DNA of 46,343 bases, taken from positions 1 to 46,343 of the forward strand of contig JBBCAV010000229.1 in assembly GCA_051382305.1 (NCBI GenBank), in the 5' to 3' direction. Positions 1 to 8,369 of the stretch are shown piece after piece. Position numbers and translations under genes: made by a program. Each line of letters starts with the position of its first letter. Position 1 is the first letter of the stretch. Under the pieces are notes generated by a model that made no database searches, was not told where the DNA came from, and saw only the letters and a list, made by a program, of their open reading frames with translations. Origin of the DNA: Bdellovibrionota bacterium FG-2 (lineage in GTDB: Bacteria; Bdellovibrionota; UBA1018).

Positions 1-382
1 ACCAGCGTTTAAGGCTCCTTCGGGAACAGCCCAAAGTGGCGGCAACCCCCGAAAGAGTCTTCTTCCCAAACACGACAGTGCTGATAGCCAAGTTAACGAC
101 TTGCAAATCAAATCCACGACTTGGGTATTCGCCAAACTCGTAAATTGTCCACGAAGGGGCTGGGCAGTCGGTCCCAGAGCAACAAGCTCTACGACGAATC
201 TTCCCCGTCACATGCTCAGTGGCCGCTCCATCGCTTGCTCTTCGTAGTTCGACCTGGGACACGGCACGAGTGCCATTCCACCAGCCCGGCAACCCACAGA
301 GTGAGCAATTCCCAGGTCGTTCACAATACTTGCGTCGGCCTCTTAGACCAGATAAGAAGAGGTCGCAGATAGTAGCCTCCAT
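1..382 (-). CDS. Zn-ribbon plus HTH protein (DUF6431-like), typical first gene of DDE-transposase elements; 3' end runs off the window
   Basis: Not in the ORF track. Hand translation from ATG 382: MEATICDLFLSGLRGRRKYCERPGNCSLCGLPGWWNGTRAV...IRRRACCSGTDCPAPSWTIYEFGEYPSRGFDLQVV...KTLSGVAATLGCSRRSLKRW. It has CxxC...Cx4C metal ligands and an HTH-like tail, and is open to position 2. Confidence 0.7.
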   Translation of the reverse strand, partial: MEATICDLFLSGLRGRRKYCERPGNCSLCGLPGWWNGTRAVSQVELRRASDGAATEHVTGKIRRRACCSGTDCPAPSWTIYEFGEYPSRGFDLQVVNLAISTVVFGKKTLSGVAATLGCSRRSLKRW

Positions 383-457
383 TCTTCAAGTTCTTGTCGT
401 GATCCGCGTGCTAAAACGAAAAACGACAAAACTAGAATGGAGGCTCTTTTACTTCAA
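374..457 (-). promoter_or_regulatory. Sigma70-like promoter inside an inverted repeat that covers the start codon
   Basis: Minus strand TTGAAG (457-452), N17, TAGTTT (434-429). Perfect 12-bp inverted repeat AGCCTCCATTCT (374-385) / AGAATGGAGGCT (434-445), extended by TTGTCGT/ACGACAA. Confidence 0.6.
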
Positions 458-540
458 ATCACACTTTTTTGCAGATGAATGAAAAGACGTCTGAATTACC
501 GATTCAAGAAGCAAGGTGTGTTAGTGCGATGTGACTGACA

Positions 541-980
541 CCAAGTTCGAGCAAACTCCTGCCAAACAGCGTGAGCCCTAACATTTCACCTGCCGGATTC
601 GCAATCCTCGCCTGTCTTCAGGACACTGCCGCGGAACACAAGGTGGCGCTACGCCACACCTTCGTAAAACATTCATTCGACAAGATTCCTTCGCTAGCGC
701 TCTCTAAAGAAATTCGCTCCCTTGGCAAAGGTGAAGCTCTCACTTCACCCTGTCATTATGATTACGTTACGCCAAACGCTGTTCTTCGTGGGAGCACGAC
801 TGCTTTGAATCTAAGCTTTATGGACGAGCTTGAGAGCAAGTTTCAAGGGGTCTTCACTAACGATGAGGGCCTGGCATTTTCTTGCCGCCTGATCCTCAAT
901 GAACTTATGCAAAACTCCGTCGATCACTCATCCTCGGAGCGATACTATCTTTACGGTGGAACTTGGGAAAACGAGTTTCA
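541..980 (+). pseudogene. Truncated histidine-kinase-like ATPase (HATPase) gene
   Basis: ORF 571..1104 has an N-box-like ILNELMQNSVDHS motif and YYLYGGTWENEF, but no DxGxG or G2 boxes. After about 980 the frame is an out-of-frame reading of the next gene. No convincing start or RBS. Confidence 0.6.
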
Positions 981-1262
981 GGAGAGAAGCTTCGCGAAAA
1001 AATTATTGCCACATACGCAGCAGGAACCATGGGCGAAGAGAAAATCGAACTTGATTTTACGGGGCTCGTCATTGCGAGCACCTCCTTTTTCGATGAAGGG
1101 CTAGCAAAACTCGCACTCAGCGACTGGACATACGAAGACTTTAAGAGTCGAGTCACCATCAAAAACATGAATCCTCGCGACCAAGAGGTTCTGACGAAAA
1201 TGCTTGAATATCGGGGATGGAAGCCTCCCTCGCCTCGAAAACGCGAACGGACAAGAAAATGA
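972..1262 (+). pseudogene. STAS-like DUF4325 domain protein lacking its N-terminus
   Basis: RVSGEKLREKI...IELDFTGLVIASTSFFDEGLAKL matches the DUF4325 pattern (R..G..LR, LDF.GV...S.SF.DE). It begins abruptly at the junction with the HATPase remnant. Confidence 0.7.
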
Positions 1263-1501
1263 AATGTGCTTCTTCTCAGTACAGTTCAGAGCGCATGCGA
1301 CATATGCACCCTGTGACTTCTCAAACAGTGAAGTTACAGGCCTACCCCCCCGACCCTTCGGCCCAATACTTCGCTATTTGAGAAGTTCGTTGGAGCCGAC
1401 TTTTTCCCCATTTGCCCAACCCCCTCCACCCATGGGCCTTCAGAACGTTCGGGAGGCGACTCTTTATCCGAGAGATCGTTTCAGGGGCACGCCGTAGCGC
1501 C

Positions 1502-1557
1502 TTGCCAAATTGCATACTTTCTGATATTCTGTAATTCAGCAATTTCGGAGGATTGCT
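1502..1557 (+). promoter_or_regulatory. Promoter and probable autoregulatory operator of the AbrB-PIN operon
   Basis: TTGCCA (1502-1507), N17, TATTCT (1525-1530). Inverted repeats AAATTGC/GCAATTT (1507-1545) and AGCAAT-N8-ATTGCT (1538-1557) flank the GGAGG RBS. Confidence 0.6.
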
Positions 1558-1561
1558 TGTT

Positions 1562-1825
1562 ATGAAAAAAGCTGCCAAATCTAACCTGATTGTTTCAAGT
1601 CGCGGACAAGTCACCCTTCCAGCGGGGCTTCGCAAAAAACTCGGCATCAAAGATGGGGGCGTGGTCACGGTTGAAGAACAGGAGGGAAAACTCATTCTTC
1701 GACCTGCAGAAATTTTTGAAATCGAAACCTACAAAGACCAAGAGATTCAAGAATGGACGAAGGAAGATCAGCTGACTCCCAACGCTCGGAAAATGATCCG
1801 CCAAAAACTTGCTAAAGGCGCCTGA
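1562..1825 (+). CDS. vapB: AbrB/MazE/SpoVT-family antitoxin
   Basis: VSSRGQVTLPAGLRKKLGIKDGGVVTVE AbrB signature; GGAGG upstream of ATG 1562; lies directly upstream of a PIN gene. Confidence 0.9.
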   Translation: MKKAAKSNLIVSSRGQVTLPAGLRKKLGIKDGGVVTVEEQEGKLILRPAEIFEIETYKDQEIQEWTKEDQLTPNARKMIRQKLAKGA

Positions 1826-1862
1826 CAAAAGGAACTGCTAAAAGAAATACCCAAAAAATATA

Positions 1863-2267
1863 ATGAAACTGTTCCTAGACGCCAACGTCCTTTTTACCGC
1901 AGCCCATAACCCCGAAGGCAAGAGTGCGTTTATCATAGAGCTCGGAGCGGAGGGCTATTTTTCGATTACCACCTACAGCTTGGCCGTCGTAGAGGCTCGT
2001 CGAAACATCGAACGTAAATTCCCCAGTGCCGCAAAACAACTTACGACACTCCTCGCGAAGATTGCGACAACCGCGACGGTATCCAACGGGCATTGCCCAA
2101 TTGAACTCCCGGAAAAAGACAAACCTATCTTGCTATCGGCAATGCAAACGCGCGCGACCCATTTAATAACGGGAGATCAGCGCCATTTTGGCAAATATAT
2201 GAATCGCCCCAAGCCAATAGGTGGCGTCATTATTCAAACACCCTCACGTTTTTTGGATGATCTTTAG
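1863..2267 (+). CDS. vapC: PIN-domain toxin (VapC-like)
   Basis: KLFLDANVLF, E..RN, KDKPIL, HLITGDQRHF acidic PIN motifs. Confidence 0.9.
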   Translation: MKLFLDANVLFTAAHNPEGKSAFIIELGAEGYFSITTYSLAVVEARRNIERKFPSAAKQLTTLLAKIATTATVSNGHCPIELPEKDKPILLSAMQTRATHLITGDQRHFGKYMNRPKPIGGVIIQTPSRFLDDL

Positions 2268-2361
2268 AAAGAACCTTCGGTTTCGGGCCCTAAAAGAACA
2301 CTACATCCAAAGCCCTTGAATCAGGCTTACTGTCGGCACGCAGGGGGAGACTACACCACGC

Positions 2362-4398
2362 CTATTTTATTTCCACCGACAGTGGCGAATCCAACACCGG
2401 CCACACACCCTGCGCGACTTTCGTAGAGGCGGAGCCTTGAAAAACGACGAAGCCATATTTTCCATAATGAGGAATTTTTCGCGCCAGCGCGCCGATTGCG
2501 GCAAACTCATCGCTGCCTAAAACCGCGCCCACAAATCCAATCGCGGATTCCGGATCACCCAATCTACGCCCAACCGCCAAAATTGAGTGAGTACCCTTAG
2601 TGTAATCCACCGCGCCCACGCTAAACGCTTCAGGATTATCTACAACCCCATACGGCTTCAGCACTTCAAAGGCTGCGGCCGCAAAGCGATTCTCCCAGCC
2701 TAAAACCCAAACCCTAGAATCTGTGGGAAGCACCGCTAAATCGGAATCTTTTTTAATCAAAACATCCCCGCTTTCAACCAAGGCCGTCCAGCCTTCCGCC
2801 ATCGCTTTAAATCCTGCAAACCGCGCAGAATCCACTGCAGTCGGCAAAACGATTAACAACTTTTTAGCTCCAAAAATCTGCGAAACCGCGGGAGGAGTTT
2901 CCAACCGATCCATCCTCCGAAACACATCAAAGCGGGGATCAATAATGAGGCGCTCGGGCCTACGATCAAAATGGAGGCCAAAATCGAGAATTTTCTCTTT
3001 CATCTGAAGCTGGGTCAAATACGGCTCGGCACGTACGCCCGCACCCTGGAACTGCATTTCAATCGGAATCCGCAACTCATAAGCCTCCCCTGCCTGAACC
3101 TGCTCCAAATGAGCGCTGAGCAAGAAACCGCCCGCAGGATCACTACCCGCCGCAACCTGACTCACGCGAAGCTCAGGTGCGCCCGTGCGCTCGATCCACT
3201 GCGAGAAAAATCCAGACAAATTCAAGCCCGAAACAGCCTCAAACGCAGCTTTAAGATCAAACCAAGAAGCGCGCTTAAATTTGGATTCCGTGTAAAACTT
3301 CTTTAAGCCCGCAAAAAATAACTCATCCCCCACCAGCGAACGCAACATATGATCCGCCATCAAGGCTTTGCCATAGCCAATTGTTTCAGTCGAAGCATTA
3401 TGTCGCTCGCGAAACTCCGTGAGCGGAATATCATTATTCTCAGAAACATAATCTCGATACTGCTGCAGCGCCGTCCGACGATAATCAACGTCAGCACCGG
3501 TCTGAGCCGCATACGCGTGGTCCGCAAGATACGCCGTCAAACCCTCACACCAATTCCCGGTATCATAATCAACATAGACGCCATTGCCCCACCAGTTGTG
3601 CAAAATCTCATGAGGATAAGACGTGTTGACAATAAAGGGCAAACGAATCACAGAGGGGCCCAGCAGCGTAAACGAAGGCATTCCATAGCCCGTTTCCCAA
3701 AAATTTTCGACAAGTGCAAACTTGCGATAGGCATAAGGCCCCAAAAGAACGCTGTAGTTGCGAATCGTCTTGGCCGTGACGGCCATGTATTTCTCAGCAA
3801 GCTCGGGATCAGGAGTGCGAAGATAGGCCAGCACATTAAGACCCTCTTCTTGTTTTTGATAGACAGAGAATTTTCCGCCGATCAAATAGATCTCTTCTTG
3901 CGGCTCAGTCGTCTCTTGCGAAACAAAACTCCACTCAGCTGGGCCATGAACATCGAGTGTAAAACTCACGAACTCGTTTCCAAACCTCGGAATCCAAAAC
4001 GAGCTCGAAGCCAGATGCACGCCCTCCTCGCCAATCAGTCCAGCAGTCTCGCCATTGCTATCTTGCGGCTCAAAAATAGGGCCCGAGTATTCCAAAGTAA
4101 ACTCGCTCATGGGAGCGCGAGCTTGAAGTTCATAATCTGTCACACTAACTCCGCCAACCCAATGCGGCACGCCCGCCCGAAGCGCCACGCCTGGGGTTGA
4201 AGAAACTGGCCCAAGCCCCGAGTGAAGGCTAAAAACCAAATTCGCCGGCAACATTCCTGAGATCTTATCAGAGACTCGCAAACCATGAGTCGATGGATCC
4301 ACCGCGACGACAAGATCGTGATGAATCAGGGGTTCGGAGGCCCAAATCAGATTCGAAAACACGAAAAACCCGGCAGCAAGGACCCAAGCAGTTTTCAT
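2362..4398 (-). CDS. Secreted M1-family zinc aminopeptidase
   Basis: Signal peptide; ETGYGMPSFTLLG; HEILHNWWGNGV-x-WCEGL (HEXXH-x18-E); GYGKALM. Confidence 0.9.
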   Translation of the reverse strand: MKTAWVLAAGFFVFSNLIWASEPLIHHDLVVAVDPSTHGLRVSDKISGMLPANLVFSLHSGLGPVSSTPGVALRAGVPHWVGGVSVTDYELQARAPMSEFTLEYSGPIFEPQDSNGETAGLIGEEGVHLASSSFWIPRFGNEFVSFTLDVHGPAEWSFVSQETTEPQEEIYLIGGKFSVYQKQEEGLNVLAYLRTPDPELAEKYMAVTAKTIRNYSVLLGPYAYRKFALVENFWETGYGMPSFTLLGPSVIRLPFIVNTSYPHEILHNWWGNGVYVDYDTGNWCEGLTAYLADHAYAAQTGADVDYRRTALQQYRDYVSENNDIPLTEFRERHNASTETIGYGKALMADHMLRSLVGDELFFAGLKKFYTESKFKRASWFDLKAAFEAVSGLNLSGFFSQWIERTGAPELRVSQVAAGSDPAGGFLLSAHLEQVQAGEAYELRIPIEMQFQGAGVRAEPYLTQLQMKEKILDFGLHFDRRPERLIIDPRFDVFRRMDRLETPPAVSQIFGAKKLLIVLPTAVDSARFAGFKAMAEGWTALVESGDVLIKKDSDLAVLPTDSRVWVLGWENRFAAAAFEVLKPYGVVDNPEAFSVGAVDYTKGTHSILAVGRRLGDPESAIGFVGAVLGSDEFAAIGALARKIPHYGKYGFVVFQGSASTKVAQGVWPVLDSPLSVEIK

Positions 4399-4430
4399 AC
4401 AAACCGTCTATCACAGGCCCGTTCAGGTTC

Positions 4431-4819
4431 CTAAAACACAAACGAAAACTCAAACTCCTGCAGGTCCGACAAAATACGAAGCCCAACAAAACCCTCACTC
4501 CGTGCCAGCGCGACCTGTTCATTGAACAGTTTCCAAATCTCGTCAGCAGATTCCGCGTCCCCACCAAACTTCAAACCTTTTGCTTCAATAAGCACCAACG
4601 ACTGCTTAAAAGGTAGGGCATCGGACTCACTCCGGCTTCTTTGAGTTTCCGAAGCATCTGAGTGCACCTCTCCGTTGCGGTTAGGCACACTGTTTTGTCT
4701 CCTTTCAACAGGCCCCGAGCAATTAGCGCGACGAGTCGACCAAGAGGTTCCCGAATATTAATGCGGCTCTCGGGACAGCCCGCGACGCACACATTTTTTT
4801 TTATCATCAATCGACCCAT
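4431..4819 (-). pseudogene. MEDS (DcmR-like sensory) domain protein, frameshifted
   Basis: LIARGLLKGDKTVCL...LKEAGVSPMPYLLS (ORF 4571..4897) continues in the -1 frame as SLVLIE...IWKLFNEQVALARSEGFVGLRILSDL (ORF 4431..4688). Together they follow the MEDS consensus. GGAGGT precedes ATG 4819. Confidence 0.65.
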
Positions 4820-4974
4820 GCCCACCTCCACACCATCGGAAACCGTTGAAATTCCATCTTCTTCCTTAATTCTATAACCATTAAGAAACCAGCACAATGT
4901 TGCTATTTCGACATAATCAACCTATTTACCGACATGCTCAAACCCCAGTGATTTACCCACCGCAATAAATACAA

Positions 4975-5963
4975 TTGACACAAAGCACACCAACAAGATA
5001 CACGCCTTGTGCGATGCATAAAAAGGTAAACACTCCAGACTCTTCCAGCCCCCGCGGCTTTTGTTGCGCAATCACTCTTGCGTCCGCACTCGCAACCGCA
5101 TTCATTTACTCCAATGCCTATGCTGTCGAAGCTGCATGCCCTCCGCTTAAAACAGGTGAATACAAGAAAATCGAAGGGAACGTCGGCACACCGGTCTGGG
5201 CTCATTACGTCCTCTACCGCAGCCCCGATGTCCGACTTGAAAAAGAATACGCACCGCCTCACGAAGGAGTGACTGTTCCAAAAGGGACCCTCACCGAGAG
5301 CTACGAAGCACTCGTGAATCTCCGGTTTTTGGATTCAAATGGAAATTTTTCTGAAACGCTTGCCAACAAATACCAAGCTCTTGCGCAAAGCTGCTATGAT
5401 CGAGTCCGCCCCAAACTCAGAGGACTCCACGGCGAACATTTGAAAATCGCACTCGCCCGTACCCGTCCCGGACTCCCCGCCGCAGAAGAATCTGCCATCA
5501 AAATCAATAAACATTGGTTCTTTAGATCCGACTCCACCGAATGGAAAAATCATCCGGGTTGCCCACTCATTGTTCACGAAACCTTGCATCTCTTGGGTCT
5601 CGTCGATGAATACGCTGAAACGAAAATTAAGATCCTTGGCCCTGACACCCTCAAACATCTCGCCTACGATTGCCGCTCCATTGGGCCCATAAAATCTGTG
5701 ATGAACAATCAAATTCTCGCCTATTTTGGATTAGGATTGAGTTGGTTTGCGCGCGCCTTTAGGTTTGATGGCCGTGACTCAGTGCTGGCGCCCGCCCAAT
5801 TCTCGGCGATCATCACTCCCGGCGGCCAAGAAACGAATTCAACTTATTATGCCTGCGGCCAAGATGCTTATGAGACTTCTTCGAAAACGGAGGGAGTGGA
5901 TGTGCAGAAAACAAACCGGCAATTTGCTCCGATAAAAACTGGATCTACAAACTAGGAAAATAA
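4975..5963 (+). CDS. Secreted HEXXH zinc-metallopeptidase-like protein, probable frameshift near the C-terminus
   Basis: Hydrophobic signal segment; LIVHETLHLLGLVDEY, YDCR and SVM (Met-turn-like). From 5889 the -1 frame gives GGSGCAENKPAICSDKNWIYKLGK* (TAA 5961-5963). Start uncertain. Confidence 0.7.
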
Positions 5964-5976
5964 GACGGGAAATAAT

Positions 5977-7464
5977 ATGGAAAACTTCAATGAACTTGCA
6001 CTCAATCCTCTCATTCTTCGCGCCATCACGGACATGGGCTATGAAAAGCCAAGCCCCATTCAGGCACAAACCCTCCCCTTGCTTCTCGGCAAGCAAACAG
6101 ACTTCTTAGGTCTGGCCGCGACAGGGACGGGGAAAACGGCGGCCTTTGCGATTCCGCTTTTGGAGCGCATTGATCCGAAGCGACGAGAAGTGCAGGGACT
6201 CATTTTGTGCCCCACCCGTGAACTCGCGCAACAGGTGGCCGGCCAGATTAATCTGCTAGGGCAATATTTGAAAATTTCCGCACTCCCCATTTACGGTGGC
6301 GCACCCTACGGTGATCAAATCCGTGGGCTTCGTAGCGGAGCCACCATCGTCGTGGGAACTCCCGGACGCGTCATCGATCACATCGAACGAGGAACTTTAA
6401 GAATCGAAGGCGTGCAAACGATGATTTTGGACGAAGCGGACGAAATGATCTCCATGGGTTTCAAAGATGATCTCGAAACCATCCTGGGCGGGCTCGCCGA
6501 AGGCATTTGCAACACCTGGCTCTTCTCCGCCACGATGGGTTCCGATGTGCGACGGGTCGCTGACAAGTACCTCAATGATCCCAAACAAGTTCAAGTAAAC
6601 AAAAAAGAAATGCTCTCCGGAACAGTCGAGCAGTTTTATTACCTTACTTCTGAGTCAAATAAGCCTGAAGTGCTGTGCAAACTCATGGACGCCGCGCCCG
6701 AATTCTATGGTCTGATCTTTTGCCAAATGAAAACCTTGGTCGCAGACCTCACCCAATATCTCAAAGGACGGAACTATCAAGTCGATTGCCTCCATGGAGA
6801 TATGGATCAAAATGCACGCGAACGCACCATGAAAGCCTTTCGCGAGCGCAAGACTCGCATTCTTGTCTGCACCGATGTCGCCTGCCGCGGCCTTGATGTT
6901 AAGGACATTACGCACGTGGTGAATTACTCGTTGCCTCGCGAGCTTGAGAACTACGTCCATCGAATTGGCCGTACCGCTCGAAGCGGAAAGTCCGGCATCG
7001 CGATGAGTCTGGTCTCGCCCGCCCACCGCATGCTGGTCGGCCGAATTGAACGCCTCACAAAGACGAGAATCAGAGAAGGACAAATTCCTACGCGCAAGGA
7101 CATTGCGATGAAAAAGATTGCGCAAGCTTTGCCTCAGTTTCAAGAACAAGTGACTGCTTTTACCTTGGCTCAAGATCTATTGGATCCCACTTGGAAAGCG
7201 GCTCTTGCGACCATGAAACGAGAGGAAATTGCTGGAAGATTTCTCGCCCTCATGTACCCCGAGATTTTCGTGGAAAAGAGCAAGGAAGTCGAAGCCCCGA
7301 AGGCCATTTCAACTCACAAAATTATCACCACGCCTAAAACCTTCGGCGGACCAAAATCATTTAACGGTCCGAGATTCTTTAACGGGCCTAAACCCAGCGG
7401 GGCGCATAAAATCAAGTTACGATCGAACCCGCAACATACCGCGGAGTCACGCCGATTCTCTTGA
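5977..7464 (+). CDS. DEAD-box ATP-dependent RNA helicase (DeaD/CshA-like)
   Basis: Q motif, ATGTGKT, PTRELA, TPGR, DEAD, SAT, HRIGRTAR. Confidence 0.97.
   Translation: MENFNELALNPLILRAITDMGYEKPSPIQAQTLPLLLGKQTDFLGLAATGTGKTAAFAIPLLERIDPKRREVQGLILCPTRELAQQVAGQINLLGQYLKISALPIYGGAPYGDQIRGLRSGATIVVGTPGRVIDHIERGTLRIEGVQTMILDEADEMISMGFKDDLETILGGLAEGICNTWLFSATMGSDVRRVADKYLNDPKQVQVNKKEMLSGTVEQFYYLTSESNKPEVLCKLMDAAPEFYGLIFCQMKTLVADLTQYLKGRNYQVDCLHGDMDQNARERTMKAFRERKTRILVCTDVACRGLDVKDITHVVNYSLPRELENYVHRIGRTARSGKSGIAMSLVSPAHRMLVGRIERLTKTRIREGQIPTRKDIAMKKIAQALPQFQEQVTAFTLAQDLLDPTWKAALATMKREEIAGRFLALMYPEIFVEKSKEVEAPKAISTHKIITTPKTFGGPKSFNGPRFFNGPKPSGAHKIKLRSNPQHTAESRRFS
7333..7398 (+). repeat. Degenerate 18-bp tandem repeat in the helicase tail
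   Basis: cctaaaaccttcggcgga / ccaaaatcatttaacggt / ccgagattctttaacggg / cctaaaccc, encoding PKTFGG-PKSFNG-PRFFNG-PKP. Confidence 0.75.
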
Positions 7465-8296
7465 TCTCGGCCTCGAGCATGGAAGGCATTGTATTACCTG
7501 AAAGTACCAGCAGCGCATCCATGCCAAGATTCTGAGCGCCTTGAACATCCGTAAGTAAATTGTCTCCCACCATCAGGACTTCTGACGTTTTCAGATCAGG
7601 GATTTCAACGCGCGCGCGCGAAAGCGCCAGTTCAAAAATGCTCGCATCCGGCTTGCCAAACGAACGAAACTCGCGACCTAAGATTTGTCCCATCATTTGC
7701 GCCAACGAACCTGGGCCCACTTCAACTCGATCTTCTCCGCCGTAAAAAACCAGATCCGGATTAGGGCAATAGAGTGGGAGTTCAGGAAACCGACGTAAAA
7801 AATTAATGGCAGGACTCATGAGGGCCCGCCACTCAAACATCGAGTCCATCAGGGCAAAGGCCCTAACCCTTTGCGCCTGAGTCGCTGACAGGGTTGCTAG
7901 GCTCTCAACCTTCACGGGCTCAAATCCCGCTTCGCGCAAGTAATGCTCCGATTTAGGCTGCCCCAAATAAACGGCCAGGTTCTGTTTTTGGCCTGGTTGC
8001 CCGGTTTGAGGGGCCTTCACCGATTGAGAAAAAAACATCCCCGAACTGATCACCTGAGATAGGTCCATCAACGGTTTGCCCGCAAACTCTCCGTACTGAG
8101 CTGCGAGGTATTCAGGCGGATAAGAGGCACTATTGGTAATCAACCAAAAAGGCGGCCCCTTTTTCCGCAATTCCCCCAAAACGGCGTCCACACCCGCAAT
8201 TAACCCTCCTGGACCCCGCAAAACTCCAAAGGCATCAAAGAAGATGGCACGATAACGAGGCAAAAGACTCTGAAAACTCACGATATTAGTGTTCAA
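7412..8296 (-). CDS. HAD-IIA family hydrolase (NagD-like)
   Basis: FFDAFGVL, ITNS, NPD, GKP, MVGDNLLTDVQGA, LLVLSG. Confidence 0.92.
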   Translation of the reverse strand: MNTNIVSFQSLLPRYRAIFFDAFGVLRGPGGLIAGVDAVLGELRKKGPPFWLITNSASYPPEYLAAQYGEFAGKPLMDLSQVISSGMFFSQSVKAPQTGQPGQKQNLAVYLGQPKSEHYLREAGFEPVKVESLATLSATQAQRVRAFALMDSMFEWRALMSPAINFLRRFPELPLYCPNPDLVFYGGEDRVEVGPGSLAQMMGQILGREFRSFGKPDASIFELALSRARVEIPDLKTSEVLMVGDNLLTDVQGAQNLGMDALLVLSGNTMPSMLEAEIKRIGVTPRYVAGSIVT

Positions 8297-8369
8297 GCAA
8301 CCTCACATCTCACTGGCAGCCTACAGGAGCCTTGTTTCAACTTCAAGGCTCTGGTAAGAACTCCAACTT

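Larger units (their letters stand above)
1..540 (-). mobile_element. Putative left end of an IS/transposon
   Basis: The minus strand reads 5'-TGTCAGTCAC from position 540, a TG terminus typical of DDE elements. It contains the Zn-ribbon/HTH gene, and the neighbouring + strand gene appears 5'-truncated near 541. The transposase and the other end are outside the window. Confidence 0.45.

Noticed and set aside
121..482. Plus-strand ORFs 121..372 and 219..482
   Set aside because: They are shadows of the minus-strand Zn-ribbon gene and its promoter and have no motifs.
3895..3935. Possible in-frame deletion in the M1 peptidase (FVSQ-ETTEPQEE)
   Set aside because: It looks short from memory, but could be natural loop variation and cannot be judged without an alignment.
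3349..4200. 283 aa plus-strand ORF
   Set aside because: It is antisense to the M1 peptidase, with Arg/Ile-rich shadow composition.
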